From Myxococcota bacterium (lineage in GTDB: Bacteria; Myxococcota; JACRCW01), in assembly GCA_040752415.1 (NCBI GenBank), contig JBFMGU010000007.1, positions 24,993 to 88,992 on the forward strand: 64,000 nucleotides of DNA, written 5' to 3'. Shown in pieces: positions 30,845 to 40,761 of the stretch (positions within the stretch are counted from its first letter, which is position 1; each line of letters opens with the position of its first letter). The notes beneath the pieces are model-generated. The model searched no databases. It was not told the origin of the DNA and saw nothing but the letters and a program-made list of their open reading frames with translations. The position numbers and the translations under genes were made by a program.

Positions 30845-32305
30845 TCAGTTCGCTGTGGTCAGCGTGACGGTGACCAGCGCGCTGGCCGAGCCGGTGCGGC
30901 CCACCGCGTCGGTGGCGCGGCAGACCAGCGTGGTGCGACCCACCGGAAACATGCTGCCCGACGCATACGGCGTGCAGGTTGCCGTGAGGTTGCCGCTGAC
31001 CACGTCGGTGGCGCGGACGGTGTAGTTGACCACCGCGCCGCCGGGGTTGCTGGTGTAGACCGTCTTGGGAATGGTGATGCTCACCAGCGGCGGACGCGTG
31101 TCGGTGATGGTGATCGTGAAGCTTCCATTGGTGACCTGGCCCAACGGGTCGGATGCGGAGCAGGACACCGTGGTGACTCCCACCGGAAAGAGCTGCCCGG
31201 AGGAGTGCGAGCAGGTCACCGGGACGGATCCGCTCTCGTCGGTAGCCGAGGCGCTGAACGTGACCACGCGGCCACCCAACGTGTTCCCTTCCAGGACCAT
31301 GTTGGAGGGCAGGCTCAGCACTGGCGGCTGGTTGGGGATCACCTCGACGGTGGTGACCACCTGGCTGGGGTTGTACCCCTCACTGCCCTCGTACCGGGCG
31401 GTCAGCGTCCAGATGCCAGTCAGGCTGTTGTCGGGGGTCCAGGTCGACTCGAAGATTCCGTTGCTGGCAAGCGTGTCTGGATCCAAGAACAACGAAGTCT
31501 CGCCCTTCTGGAGCTCGAAAGTCACTCCGCCGCTGCATTCCCCGACCAGGGGGCTGCCGTCCGCCTGCACTTGGACCTGAATCGCGGTGCTGTCGAACGG
31601 AGCCACCGTGGCCGAGGGGTACCCGGGGACAAAGGTGGTGGTCGTGTCCACGGACGGGACCGGGACGTAGGGCCCGGAGGTGCCGTCCAGACCGAAGATC
31701 ACCTCTTGCGCATTGGCATCGCCGAAGCAGGTGGACATGGGGGTGAACGACGTGCAGCCCGTTCCAAACCCGTTCCCGGGGTTCTTGAACCGACCCGCGT
31801 TGCCACGAGGTGCATCCGAAGTGATCGCCCAGAAGACGCGCTGGCCGGCACCGTCGTAGGTGACCACGCCGCGCACGCTCACCCAGTAGGTACCAGGCCC
31901 CAGGTCACACGACGTGGGGAGCGGGATCGACCAATCGTAACGGCCGTCTACCGGGGTCGCCGAGACGGGCAGGTTGGTGTAGACGCACCGCCGACAACCG
32001 GGGGTTCCGTTGTCATCCTCATAGATGTCGACATGCGCGGTGCTGGAAAGGGGGTTGCCGTTCAGGACCACTTGTGCGTGCACCACCTGGACCTGCCACT
32101 CCGTGTCCGAGGGGACGGTGAAGTCATCCGCGATGGCGTTATCGTACGCATCATAAACCGACTCGAAGTCCTCCGACGTGTAGCCCGATGGGGAGTTTCC
32201 CGTCTGATTGTACAACGTCGTGGTCTGGGCGGCCGCACCCGACGTCGACAAGCTCACACCGGCCCACACCACTGCCCCCAGGAACAGACCCTGCCTCGCC
32301 CGCAT
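30845..32305 (-). CDS. Secreted HYR-domain protein
   Basis: Signal peptide; ADDFTVP module; two HYR repeats (SGxxFPVGxTTVxCxAxD). Confidence 0.88.
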   Translation of the reverse strand: MRARQGLFLGAVVWAGVSLSTSGAAAQTTTLYNQTGNSPSGYTSEDFESVYDAYDNAIADDFTVPSDTEWQVQVVHAQVVLNGNPLSSTAHVDIYEDDNGTPGCRRCVYTNLPVSATPVDGRYDWSIPLPTSCDLGPGTYWVSVRGVVTYDGAGQRVFWAITSDAPRGNAGRFKNPGNGFGTGCTSFTPMSTCFGDANAQEVIFGLDGTSGPYVPVPSVDTTTTFVPGYPSATVAPFDSTAIQVQVQADGSPLVGECSGGVTFELQKGETSLFLDPDTLASNGIFESTWTPDNSLTGIWTLTARYEGSEGYNPSQVVTTVEVIPNQPPVLSLPSNMVLEGNTLGGRVVTFSASATDESGSVPVTCSHSSGQLFPVGVTTVSCSASDPLGQVTNGSFTITITDTRPPLVSITIPKTVYTSNPGGAVVNYTVRATDVVSGNLTATCTPYASGSMFPVGRTTLVCRATDAVGRTGSASALVTVTLTTAN

Positions 32306-32578
32306 GTTCTCCTCCTCGACGACCCGTCGACCCCCCCAGCGCTCGACGGAGAAATTGCGCGACCTTCACATCATACGAAAAATTTCGCAAGGACTTCGTG
32401 CTGCGCCACGAACCCACGTCCAGGGTGAACCCGAGCACCCGCGACCGGGAGGTGCTCAATCGGCTCGAGCAGGGCAGCCAAGAACCCGTGTGTTTGCTGA
32501 GAGTTGCATTCCCTGGCCGGGCCCGGTCGTGTGGGAGGACCCTTCTCCCGCCGAGGCCAATCCACTACAACCCTCCCC

Positions 32579-33742
32579 ATGAAATTCACCGACCAGCACC
32601 ACCAGCTCCGTCGCACCGTCCACGAGTTCATCGAGAAGGAGGTGAACCCGCACTACCAGCGCTGGGAGGACGAGGGGATCTTCCCCGCCCACGAGGTCTT
32701 CAAGAAGATGGGCGCGCTGGGGCTCTTGGGCATCAACAAGCCCGAGAAGTTCGGCGGGATGGGGTTGGACTACAGCTACCAGATGGTGATGGACGAGGAG
32801 ATGGGCGTCTGCGCCGGCGGCTCCATTGGCATGGCGGTGGGCGTGCAGACCTCCATGGCCACCCCGGCCCTGGCGCGCTGGGGCACCGACGAGCTGCGCG
32901 CCGAGTTCCTGGCCCCCGCCATTGCCGGCGAGCACGTGGCCTCCATTGCGGTGAGCGAGACCGGGGGCGGCTCCGACGTGGCGGCGCTGAAGACCTGGGC
33001 CCGCAAGGACGGTGATGACTACATCATCAACGGCTCCAAGATGTGGATCACCAACGCCTCCCAGGCCGACTGGCTGTGCACCCTGGTCAACACCAGCGAC
33101 GACAAGGTCCACATCAACAAGTCCCTCATCATCATCCCCACGAAGACCAAGGGGGTGAACGTGGGCGCCAAGCTGGACAAGCTGGGCATGCGCGCCTCCG
33201 ACACCTGCCCCATCTTCTTCGAGGACGTGCGCGTGCCGCAGCGCTACCGCATTGGCGAGGAGGGCCACGGTTTCATGCTGCAGATGATGCAGTTCCAGGA
33301 AGAGCGGCTCTTTGGCGCGGCCAGCTCCATGCGCGGGATGGAGAAGGTCATCCAGGCCACCATCGCCTATTGCCGGGAGCGCAGCACTTTTGGACAGCCC
33401 CTCATCGACAACCAGGTCATCCACTTCCGCTTCGCCGAGCTGCAGACGGAGGTGGAGGCGTTGCGCTCGCTGGTCTACCGCGCCGTCGAGGAATACGTGG
33501 ACGGCAACGACGTCACCCTGCTGGCCTCCATGGCCAAGCTCAAAGCGGGTCGCCTGAGCCGCGAGGTGGCGGACTCCTGCCTGCAGTACTGGGGCGGCAT
33601 GGGCTTCATGTGGGAGAACGTGGCCTCGCGCGCGTACCGCGACTCCCGCCTGCTCTCCATTGGCGGCGGCGCCGACGAGATCATGCTGGGAATCATCTGC
33701 AAGCTGATGGGCATCCTGCCCGGCAAGAAGCGCGCGAAGTGA
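32579..33742 (+). CDS. Acyl-CoA dehydrogenase
   Basis: AVSETGGGSDVA, INGSKMWITN, QYWGGMGF, IGGGADEIM. Confidence 0.97.
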   Translation: MKFTDQHHQLRRTVHEFIEKEVNPHYQRWEDEGIFPAHEVFKKMGALGLLGINKPEKFGGMGLDYSYQMVMDEEMGVCAGGSIGMAVGVQTSMATPALARWGTDELRAEFLAPAIAGEHVASIAVSETGGGSDVAALKTWARKDGDDYIINGSKMWITNASQADWLCTLVNTSDDKVHINKSLIIIPTKTKGVNVGAKLDKLGMRASDTCPIFFEDVRVPQRYRIGEEGHGFMLQMMQFQEERLFGAASSMRGMEKVIQATIAYCRERSTFGQPLIDNQVIHFRFAELQTEVEALRSLVYRAVEEYVDGNDVTLLASMAKLKAGRLSREVADSCLQYWGGMGFMWENVASRAYRDSRLLSIGGGADEIMLGIICKLMGILPGKKRAK

Positions 33743-33746
33743 CCCG

Positions 33747-35369
33747 TCAGCACACGTTGAGCACCTGGTAGAGGCCCAGGAACTTCTCCAGCGGGAGACG
33801 GAAGATGCCGTCCTGGTTCCCGTCGCCGGCGGGCTCACCGCTGCCCCAGGGATTGCGCAGGACCACGTAGCGCTGCCCGTTCTCCTCGAGGGCGTCCAGC
33901 ACCGAGTACGCGTGGTTCGCATACACGCCGGTGTTGGTGTAGCGCGCCGACTCCTGCGTGCCGTAGGTGCCCGCGGCCATGGCCCGCTTCTCCGCGCTGC
34001 CCTTCTGGATGGCGGTGAAGACCTGGTCGGCGTTGGCGTCGCGCAGCCAGTGCTCTGTGTTGGGACGGCCCACCAGCTCGGACATCATCTGCCCCACGCT
34101 GCCGCCCTGGCCCACCACTTCGTAACTGCCACGAAACACCGCGAAGGCCTTCTCCACCAGCGAGAACCACAGCTGCCCGGTGCCGTAACGCGCGCGGCCA
34201 CCGCTGGCGTACAGGTCCGCGTCGACGACGATCTCCGTGGCGCCCTGGCCCACCGGGTGCAACGTCACCGTGTAGCTGCCATCACCGTTGTCGCGGATGA
34301 GGTCGCGGATGGCGTCGGGCTCGGCGTGGGCCACCGCGGCGCAGGCCGCCGGCACGTAGCAGTTGCCAATCTGGCCCTGCTTGACGTCGTCGACGGTGAT
34401 GGCGTCCTGGAACAGCGGGCCCTGGAAGCGCTCCACGCGCGCGTGGGAATCCCGGGCCAGCGGAGCGGGGTCCGCCAGCGCACCGGCGTTCCCCGAGGCC
34501 ACCGTCAGGCTGCCGGCAATGAAGGAGAAGTCCGTGTTGCCCGCGCCGTCGCTCACCGCCACCGAGATGGTGTCCCCGGCCAGGCCGCCCAGGCGCAGCG
34601 GAGGGATGCGACCGTTCTCGTCGACGGTCACATCCGACTGCTCCCCGGTGCGCGGGTTGCGGAAGCGCAGGGTGGCGCCCGGCTCACACAGCGGGAGGCG
34701 GCTCTTGTGCGTCAGCGTGATGGTTCCGTCGCCGTGGGCGCGCGCGGTGAGGCGTCCCAGGTCCACGTAGGCCGCGCGCAGGTCCGCGGCTTGCGCCTGC
34801 TGCACCCGCACGTTGAGCCACGCGGTAACCTTGCCCTGCGCGTTGCGCGTCTGCAGCCGCAGCACGTCGCCCTGCTGCGCGTCGGGGAGGGTGCCCTGGA
34901 AGCGTCCCCACGCGTCGGTCCGGCCCACCACCACGGTGTCATGCAGGCGCGCGCCGGTGGTGGTGGCGGTGGTGAGGTTGAGGGCTTCCACCGTCTCACC
35001 CGGGCCCAGCGTCCCTTCCAGCACCCCGCCGTCCGCCACGGTGACCTGCACAGCCTGGCCCGCATCCAACGGCGCACGACCCAGCAGCGCCTCCAGGAAA
35101 TTGCGGTCGGCAGCGGTGAACACGAGCTCACCGGCGTCCAGCAGCTCCGCCACGTCGGCAAGCTCGTCGGGATCCAGGCCGGATTTCACCAGCTCCAGCT
35201 GCTGCGCCCGCGTGAGGCCGGGGTCGCGCAGGCGCTCCAGGACCTGTTGCACGTCGGAGGAGGCGCCGTCCGCCACCGCGGCCAGGACACGCAGCACGTC
35301 CGCGTTGCGCACGGTGGCGACGCGCTGCTCGGAGAGGACGGAGCGCAGCTGTTGATCACGGAGGCGCAT
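33747..35369 (-). CDS. Calpain-like (peptidase C2) cysteine protease
   Basis: QGQIGNCY (Cys), LVEKAFA, NHAYSV (His), LRNPWG (Asn), DGIF. Confidence 0.92.
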   Translation of the reverse strand: MRLRDQQLRSVLSEQRVATVRNADVLRVLAAVADGASSDVQQVLERLRDPGLTRAQQLELVKSGLDPDELADVAELLDAGELVFTAADRNFLEALLGRAPLDAGQAVQVTVADGGVLEGTLGPGETVEALNLTTATTTGARLHDTVVVGRTDAWGRFQGTLPDAQQGDVLRLQTRNAQGKVTAWLNVRVQQAQAADLRAAYVDLGRLTARAHGDGTITLTHKSRLPLCEPGATLRFRNPRTGEQSDVTVDENGRIPPLRLGGLAGDTISVAVSDGAGNTDFSFIAGSLTVASGNAGALADPAPLARDSHARVERFQGPLFQDAITVDDVKQGQIGNCYVPAACAAVAHAEPDAIRDLIRDNGDGSYTVTLHPVGQGATEIVVDADLYASGGRARYGTGQLWFSLVEKAFAVFRGSYEVVGQGGSVGQMMSELVGRPNTEHWLRDANADQVFTAIQKGSAEKRAMAAGTYGTQESARYTNTGVYANHAYSVLDALEENGQRYVVLRNPWGSGEPAGDGNQDGIFRLPLEKFLGLYQVLNVC

Positions 35370-35403
35370 GACGGGCGCACGTTAGCGGGGGCGGGGGTTG
35401 GTG

Positions 35404-36336
35404 TCACGAGCCCAGGTCCTGGCTGGTCACGCACGGAAGCAGCACGCGGAAGCACGCACCGCCGAGCGGTGAGTCGACGAGGTCCAGGGAGCCCTGCAGC
35501 GCCGCCACGCACGCGCGTGCGGAGAACAGGCCCAACCCGGTCCCGTCGGGCTTGGTGGTGCGCAGCGCGGAGAAGATGCCGTCGCGTGCCTCCGGGGGCA
35601 CGCCGGGGCCATTGTCGTGGACCTCCAGCGTGACGTGGTCTTCCCCGCGACGGATGTGCACCTCCACCACCCCGCCGTTGCCCGCGGCCTCCGCGGCGAT
35701 GATCACCAGGTTGCTGAAGGCCTGGTGGAAGAGCACGGCATTGCCCCGCACGGTGACGTCGGCGTCGGCGCCGTGGATGTGCAGGGTGCATTGGCGCACG
35801 GAGTCATGGTGGTGGATGGACTGCAGGGACTCCCGCACCGCGTCGCGCAATCGGAGAGCGCGGAGCTGCACGCGCGTGTTCCGGTGCTCCGCCTCCAGGA
35901 GACGCTGTTGCAGCTCCACCAGCCGCTGCACGGAGATGCGCAGGCGCGCCAGCGCTTCCCTGCGCTCGTCCTCCCCGGCGTCCTGCGCCAGCGCCAGCTC
36001 TCCCAGGACGCTGGTGAGGATGTTGTTGGCGTCGTGCGCCACGGAGGAGGCCATCACGCCGGCGAACACGCGGCGGTCATTGAGGAGGATGGCGTTGCGT
36101 TGCCGCACCAGCGCTTCCGCGTCGTCCTCGCTGCGACGGAGCAGGAGCCAGGTGACGCCGAAGAGCGCGGTGGCCGTGGTCACCACGAACAGCACGCCCT
36201 TGATGGTCTCCACGCGCTCCAGGTCCGCCACGCTGCTCGCCACCAGGGCCGCCAGGCGGGAGGAGAAGACGATGTAGAGCAAGGCTACCGCCAGATAGGC
36301 CCCCGCCACGACGGCGGCCCGCCGGAAACTGCGCAT
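35404..36336 (-). CDS. Membrane sensor histidine kinase (atypical N-box)
   Basis: 2 TM; VAHDANN H-box; DNGPG; GTGLGL; N-box reads NLVIIA. Confidence 0.9.
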   Translation of the reverse strand: MRSFRRAAVVAGAYLAVALLYIVFSSRLAALVASSVADLERVETIKGVLFVVTTATALFGVTWLLLRRSEDDAEALVRQRNAILLNDRRVFAGVMASSVAHDANNILTSVLGELALAQDAGEDERREALARLRISVQRLVELQQRLLEAEHRNTRVQLRALRLRDAVRESLQSIHHHDSVRQCTLHIHGADADVTVRGNAVLFHQAFSNLVIIAAEAAGNGGVVEVHIRRGEDHVTLEVHDNGPGVPPEARDGIFSALRTTKPDGTGLGLFSARACVAALQGSLDLVDSPLGGACFRVLLPCVTSQDLGS

Positions 36337-36385
36337 CGGTCCCTCCGGGATCTCCCCACGCTCAGCCGTTGACGCGGGGCAGCAT

Positions 36386-36401
36386 TGCATCCGGCGGGCC
36401 A
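36386..36401 (-). promoter_or_regulatory. Possible sigma54 promoter
   Basis: Minus strand TGGCCC-GCCGG-ATGCA, GG-N10-GC spacing, upstream of the histidine kinase. Confidence 0.4.
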
Positions 36402-36492
36402 CGCGGGTTCCTGAAAGATTCTCAGAGTTCGGTGCGCAAGAACTGCAAACGCCGCGCGGCGTGGCGGCAACGCTTGCGTTCGGGGCGCAATT

Positions 36493-39400
36493 TCAGGGGG
36501 TGCGATAGGTTAGGGCAATTTCGAAATGGTCCGTCTCCACCGTGGCATGCCCGCCACCGGCGCCGTTCTCGTCGAGGGGCGCGAGCATGAGGTGCAGCGT
36601 CTGGTCCGCGGGGGCGGCCAGCCGACGCAGCAGGGAGGGGTCCCCTGTCTCAAAGGACAGGTCCGCGGTGGCCCCGGGCTCGCCCGTGCCCTGGCCGGCC
36701 AGGCGCCAACCGCCGCGGTCCCACAGGTAGAGGCGCACGCCGCCCACGGGATTGCCGTCGTGCTCGGTGCGCGCGCCCGCCCGCCACAGGACCTGCGCGC
36801 GGGTGAGCTGCGCGCCTCCCGGAATCCCCGCGGCCTGCAACAGCACGTGCGCCACGTGGGCGGGGTGGCTGTCCGCAGCGCCGTTCCAGGCCCAGGTGTC
36901 GTCGAGGCCGCCGTTGCCGCCGAACAGCAGGAGCTCACCGCGCTGCGGGTCATGGGCCATGGCGCTGCGCACGCGCGCGGAGGGGGCGAGGTCTCCTTCC
37001 GGGTCCGCGGACTCCACACGCGTCCAGCTGGTCCCGTTCCATTCCCACTGGTCCTTGCAGAATCGTGAAGCGGTGCCGCAGTCGCTCAGTCCGCCGGCGT
37101 CGCCGCCAAAGAGCACCACGCGCTGCCGGGAGGCATCATAGGCCAGCATCGGGCTTCTTCGTGCCAGCGGCCAGCTCAGCGCGTCGGGGGTCTCCGGGCC
37201 GGACGCGCGCTCTTCCCACGCGCTCCCGCTCCACACCCAGGTCTCCGGGTGGTACTCGTAGTCCTCGTCGACGTCACAGGTGTCGCCCACGTCCGGGCTC
37301 TCGAAACAGCGACGTCCCCCGAACAGCACCACCTCGCCGCGCGCGGCGTCATAGACCATGGCGGCGTCCTCACGCTTGCGCGGGACCACGCCCTCGGGCC
37401 GGCCGCCCGGCACCGCGAGCACCCAGCGCGTTCCGTCGAAGAGCCAGGTGTCGTCGTAATAGGTCAGCCCGGGGAGCCGGCGCTGGTTGCTCTCCGCGGC
37501 GTCGCAGTCCAGCGCGGCGGGATTGTCGGGATCCATGTACGCGTAGCCGCCGAAGAGGACCACGCGGTCATGGGCGGCGTCGTAGGCCGCGCTGTAGCCG
37601 CAGCGGAGCGGAGGACGTTTGTTGAGGTCGGTGGCGGCAAAGCTCAGTGGCGTCCACGTCTGTCCGTCCCACGTCCAGCTGTCGTCGCAGGTGCCGGCCC
37701 CGTTGGGGCAGTCCGCCACGTCACGACGGAACTGGCCGAGCAGCAACGTGCGGTCCAGGTGCTCCTGGTAAAGCAGCGCGCGGTTGAGCCCGCCCAGCGG
37801 CGTTCCCGACGACAACCGCGTCCAGCTCCCGTTGCGCCAGGCCCAGAGCGCGGAGCAGGAACGGCTGGCCACGTCGTCACAGGCGGGGCCGTTGCTGCGT
37901 CCCCCAAACAGCAGGATCTCGCCGGTGGTGGTGTTGGTGGTGAGCAGGTGGCCGCTGCGCTCGACGGGCTGTCCGTCGGATTCCGGGTCCGAGGGACCCA
38001 CGCGTTGCCAGCCCGCGCCGTCCCAGCGCCAGGTGTCTCCCGCGGCGCAGAGGCCCTGCCCACCGGCGAGCACACCGTCGGGGCAGAGGTTTCCCTCGTC
38101 TCCCACGTCCAGGCTTCCTCCGACGAGGAGACTGGCCCCGGTGCGCGCGTCGAAGACCAGCTGGTGATCAAAACGGTCCGCGGGGGTGGTGCCGCCGGTG
38201 GGAATCCACTCCGTCCAGGTGGCTCCGTCCCAGGTCCACGCGTCGTCGACGGTGCAGCCGGGTTCCTTCTCCGTCCATCCCTCGGGACAGGGGAGCTGGT
38301 CGGCCTCGAGCTCGAGGAGGCCGCCGGTGAGCAGCGTCCGTCCCTGCACCGGGTCGTACACCATGGCGTGGGAGGCGCGCGGGCCGGGGCCGCTGGTGGA
38401 CAGGCGGGTCCAGCGCACGCCGTCAAAGGCCCAGGTGTCGCCCACGTACTGCGCGCTCTCTCCCACGTTGATGGGCAACGTCTCCTGGCCGCCAAAGAGC
38501 AGCACCTGGGCGCGCTCCTCGTCGTAGACCATGGCGTGCCCGAAGCGCGGCGAAGGATTGCCGTCGCCCCCGGTGTCGTCGGGCGTGATGGCGGTCCAGG
38601 TGTTGCCGTCCCATTCCCAGGTGTCACCGCAGATGAACGAGCCGCCGGTGCAGACCACGTTGGCGTCGGTGTGTCCGCCAAAGAGGACCACGCGGTTGCG
38701 CGCGCTGTCGTACGCCAGCGCCGACTGCAGACGTGCTTGCGGGGCGCTCGCTCCGTCGGGAACGCGCTCCCAGCTGGTGCCGTCCCACAACCAGATGCTG
38801 CGGCAGAACACCGAGTCACTCCCGTCACAGCTGCCCGAGGGATCCTTGCCGCCGAACATCAGGACCCGGCCCAGCGCGCTGTGGAACGTCATGACGTGGC
38901 CGATGCGCGGAGAAGGATCGCCGTCACCTTCGGGGTCGGGAGGTCGTGCGGCCGTCCAGCCGCCGCCGTCCCACTCCCACGTCCCGCCGCAATACGCGAA
39001 GCCGGAGCCATCACAGCTGCGGGTGCCGATGGTGAGCCCGCCGAACATCACCACGCGACCCCGCACCGGGTCCGACGCCACGGCGTGCTCTCCGCGCCCA
39101 ATCCAGCCGGTGCGCGGGGAGAGGTTGTGCCAGCTGCCACGGCCGCGCGTGGTCAGGCTGGTGCCGCCGGGACGAAACACTCCGTCGGATTCACCGCGCT
39201 CCACCACGTCCGCCTGGTGCAGTGCGCCCGTGACGCGGAAGCGCTCCTCGAAGCGGTGGGGATTTCCCAGGGTCTGTCCCGCCACCTTGCCACCCAGCGA
39301 GGCGACCCATTCCACGTCGTGCACGGTCACCAGCGGTGAAGCGTTGCCCGCGCCATCCACGACGCGCACGCTCACCGACGGTGCATCCACCGGGCTGAGT

Positions 39401-40761
39401 GTCAGCTGGAAGGTGCCGTCGCTCCCCGCCGTGGCGCGACCCACCTCGCGGTTCTCCTCCGCTCCCACGTGATACGCGACGACGAGAGCACCCGCGGCCG
39501 CCGCGCCGCTGCCGCCGAGCAGCTGGAAACGCGGATTCCCGTCGGATTCCACCGCGCCCCAGGGCACACGGCGGTAGCGCACCTTGCCGGGCTCGTCGAC
39601 GAGCGGCGCCGCCGGAGCCTCGGTGTCGACGACAAAGGCGCCCAGCTCCGACTGCTCGCTGTTGCCCGCGGCATCCGTGGTGGTGAGCAGGATGCGGTGT
39701 TCTCCCTGCACCGGCGTGGTTCCTGTCGGCAGCGTCACGCTGTAGGCCCACGCGCCCGTCGGCGCGGGAACCGCGGTGAAGACCAGTGGCGGGTCGGTGT
39801 TGGTCTGGACCTGCGGGTCGCCGGTGACTTCCTCGTCGAGAACGAAGCGGACGGTCACCGTGGTTCCCTGCGTGGCGGCGTCCACGTCCTGGCGCAGCGC
39901 ATCCGCGGGCGGCGTGAGCTCCACCGTGACGGTTCCCGCCACCGCGCGCGCGGGCGTGAAGTCGAAGCGCAGCGAAGCCCCGGTGTCGACGGCGGCGCGG
40001 TTGCCGGCGGGATCCTCCAGCTCGACGTGCAGCGCCGCGGGGCCTTCCGGCTCGGTCCCGTCAGCGACGTAGGTAAACTCATGCGTTGCCGAGGGCGTCG
40101 CGAGTGGCGTCCACGTGGCCTCGCGTTCCACGCCGGCACCGGGCCAACGCAGGATCAGACGTGGTGGCGGCTTCAGCACCTCACTCGCGTTGACCTGGAT
40201 GGCGGCCTGCGCGTCGCGACGCAGCGCCGTGTCACCCACCGATGGAACGGCCAGCAGCGCGGGCGCAGTGAAATCCAACGTCAATGTCCCCACCACGACA
40301 CCGGTGGCCGTGTTCCCCGCGGCGTCGACCATGGTGATGAGCACGGGCCACGTCCCCTCGGGCTCCGAGCCGCTGGGCACATAGGCAAAGCGCCAGTCCG
40401 TTCCTCCCCCGGCCACGTTCTCCCAGCGCGGCGTGCCAGGAATGCCCAGGGTGACGTCGGGAGATTGGAACAGCGGCTCGGTGGTGCGCAGGGTCACTTC
40501 CACGCGTTGCAGCGCGCGCGCCACGCCTTCTTCCGGCGAGAGCTGCACCGAGTCCGCCACCACGCCCGGCGCTTCCTCGTCGCGACCGGCACGGATGCAG
40601 CGACCGATGCTGGGGCGACACACGAAGCCGAAGGGGCAATCCAGGTCACTGGTGCAGGCAACCTGCGTGTCGTCGGAAACGTCCAGCCACACCAGGCACG
40701 CGCTCCACCACGGCGCGGTCAACAGCAGCGCCAACCGGACCCACGCATGACGGCCGCTCAC
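36493..40761 (-). CDS. Giant lipoprotein: Ig-like domains plus Kelch-like beta-propellers
   Basis: Lipobox WSAC; DAAGN Ig repeats; many AxxYDxxRxRVVLFGG..DTWxWDG blades. Confidence 0.9.
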   Translation of the reverse strand: MSGRHAWVRLALLLTAPWWSACLVWLDVSDDTQVACTSDLDCPFGFVCRPSIGRCIRAGRDEEAPGVVADSVQLSPEEGVARALQRVEVTLRTTEPLFQSPDVTLGIPGTPRWENVAGGGTDWRFAYVPSGSEPEGTWPVLITMVDAAGNTATGVVVGTLTLDFTAPALLAVPSVGDTALRRDAQAAIQVNASEVLKPPPRLILRWPGAGVEREATWTPLATPSATHEFTYVADGTEPEGPAALHVELEDPAGNRAAVDTGASLRFDFTPARAVAGTVTVELTPPADALRQDVDAATQGTTVTVRFVLDEEVTGDPQVQTNTDPPLVFTAVPAPTGAWAYSVTLPTGTTPVQGEHRILLTTTDAAGNSEQSELGAFVVDTEAPAAPLVDEPGKVRYRRVPWGAVESDGNPRFQLLGGSGAAAAGALVVAYHVGAEENREVGRATAGSDGTFQLTLSPVDAPSVSVRVVDGAGNASPLVTVHDVEWVASLGGKVAGQTLGNPHRFEERFRVTGALHQADVVERGESDGVFRPGGTSLTTRGRGSWHNLSPRTGWIGRGEHAVASDPVRGRVVMFGGLTIGTRSCDGSGFAYCGGTWEWDGGGWTAARPPDPEGDGDPSPRIGHVMTFHSALGRVLMFGGKDPSGSCDGSDSVFCRSIWLWDGTSWERVPDGASAPQARLQSALAYDSARNRVVLFGGHTDANVVCTGGSFICGDTWEWDGNTWTAITPDDTGGDGNPSPRFGHAMVYDEERAQVLLFGGQETLPINVGESAQYVGDTWAFDGVRWTRLSTSGPGPRASHAMVYDPVQGRTLLTGGLLELEADQLPCPEGWTEKEPGCTVDDAWTWDGATWTEWIPTGGTTPADRFDHQLVFDARTGASLLVGGSLDVGDEGNLCPDGVLAGGQGLCAAGDTWRWDGAGWQRVGPSDPESDGQPVERSGHLLTTNTTTGEILLFGGRSNGPACDDVASRSCSALWAWRNGSWTRLSSGTPLGGLNRALLYQEHLDRTLLLGQFRRDVADCPNGAGTCDDSWTWDGQTWTPLSFAATDLNKRPPLRCGYSAAYDAAHDRVVLFGGYAYMDPDNPAALDCDAAESNQRRLPGLTYYDDTWLFDGTRWVLAVPGGRPEGVVPRKREDAAMVYDAARGEVVLFGGRRCFESPDVGDTCDVDEDYEYHPETWVWSGSAWEERASGPETPDALSWPLARRSPMLAYDASRQRVVLFGGDAGGLSDCGTASRFCKDQWEWNGTSWTRVESADPEGDLAPSARVRSAMAHDPQRGELLLFGGNGGLDDTWAWNGAADSHPAHVAHVLLQAAGIPGGAQLTRAQVLWRAGARTEHDGNPVGGVRLYLWDRGGWRLAGQGTGEPGATADLSFETGDPSLLRRLAAPADQTLHLMLAPLDENGAGGGHATVETDHFEIALTYRTP

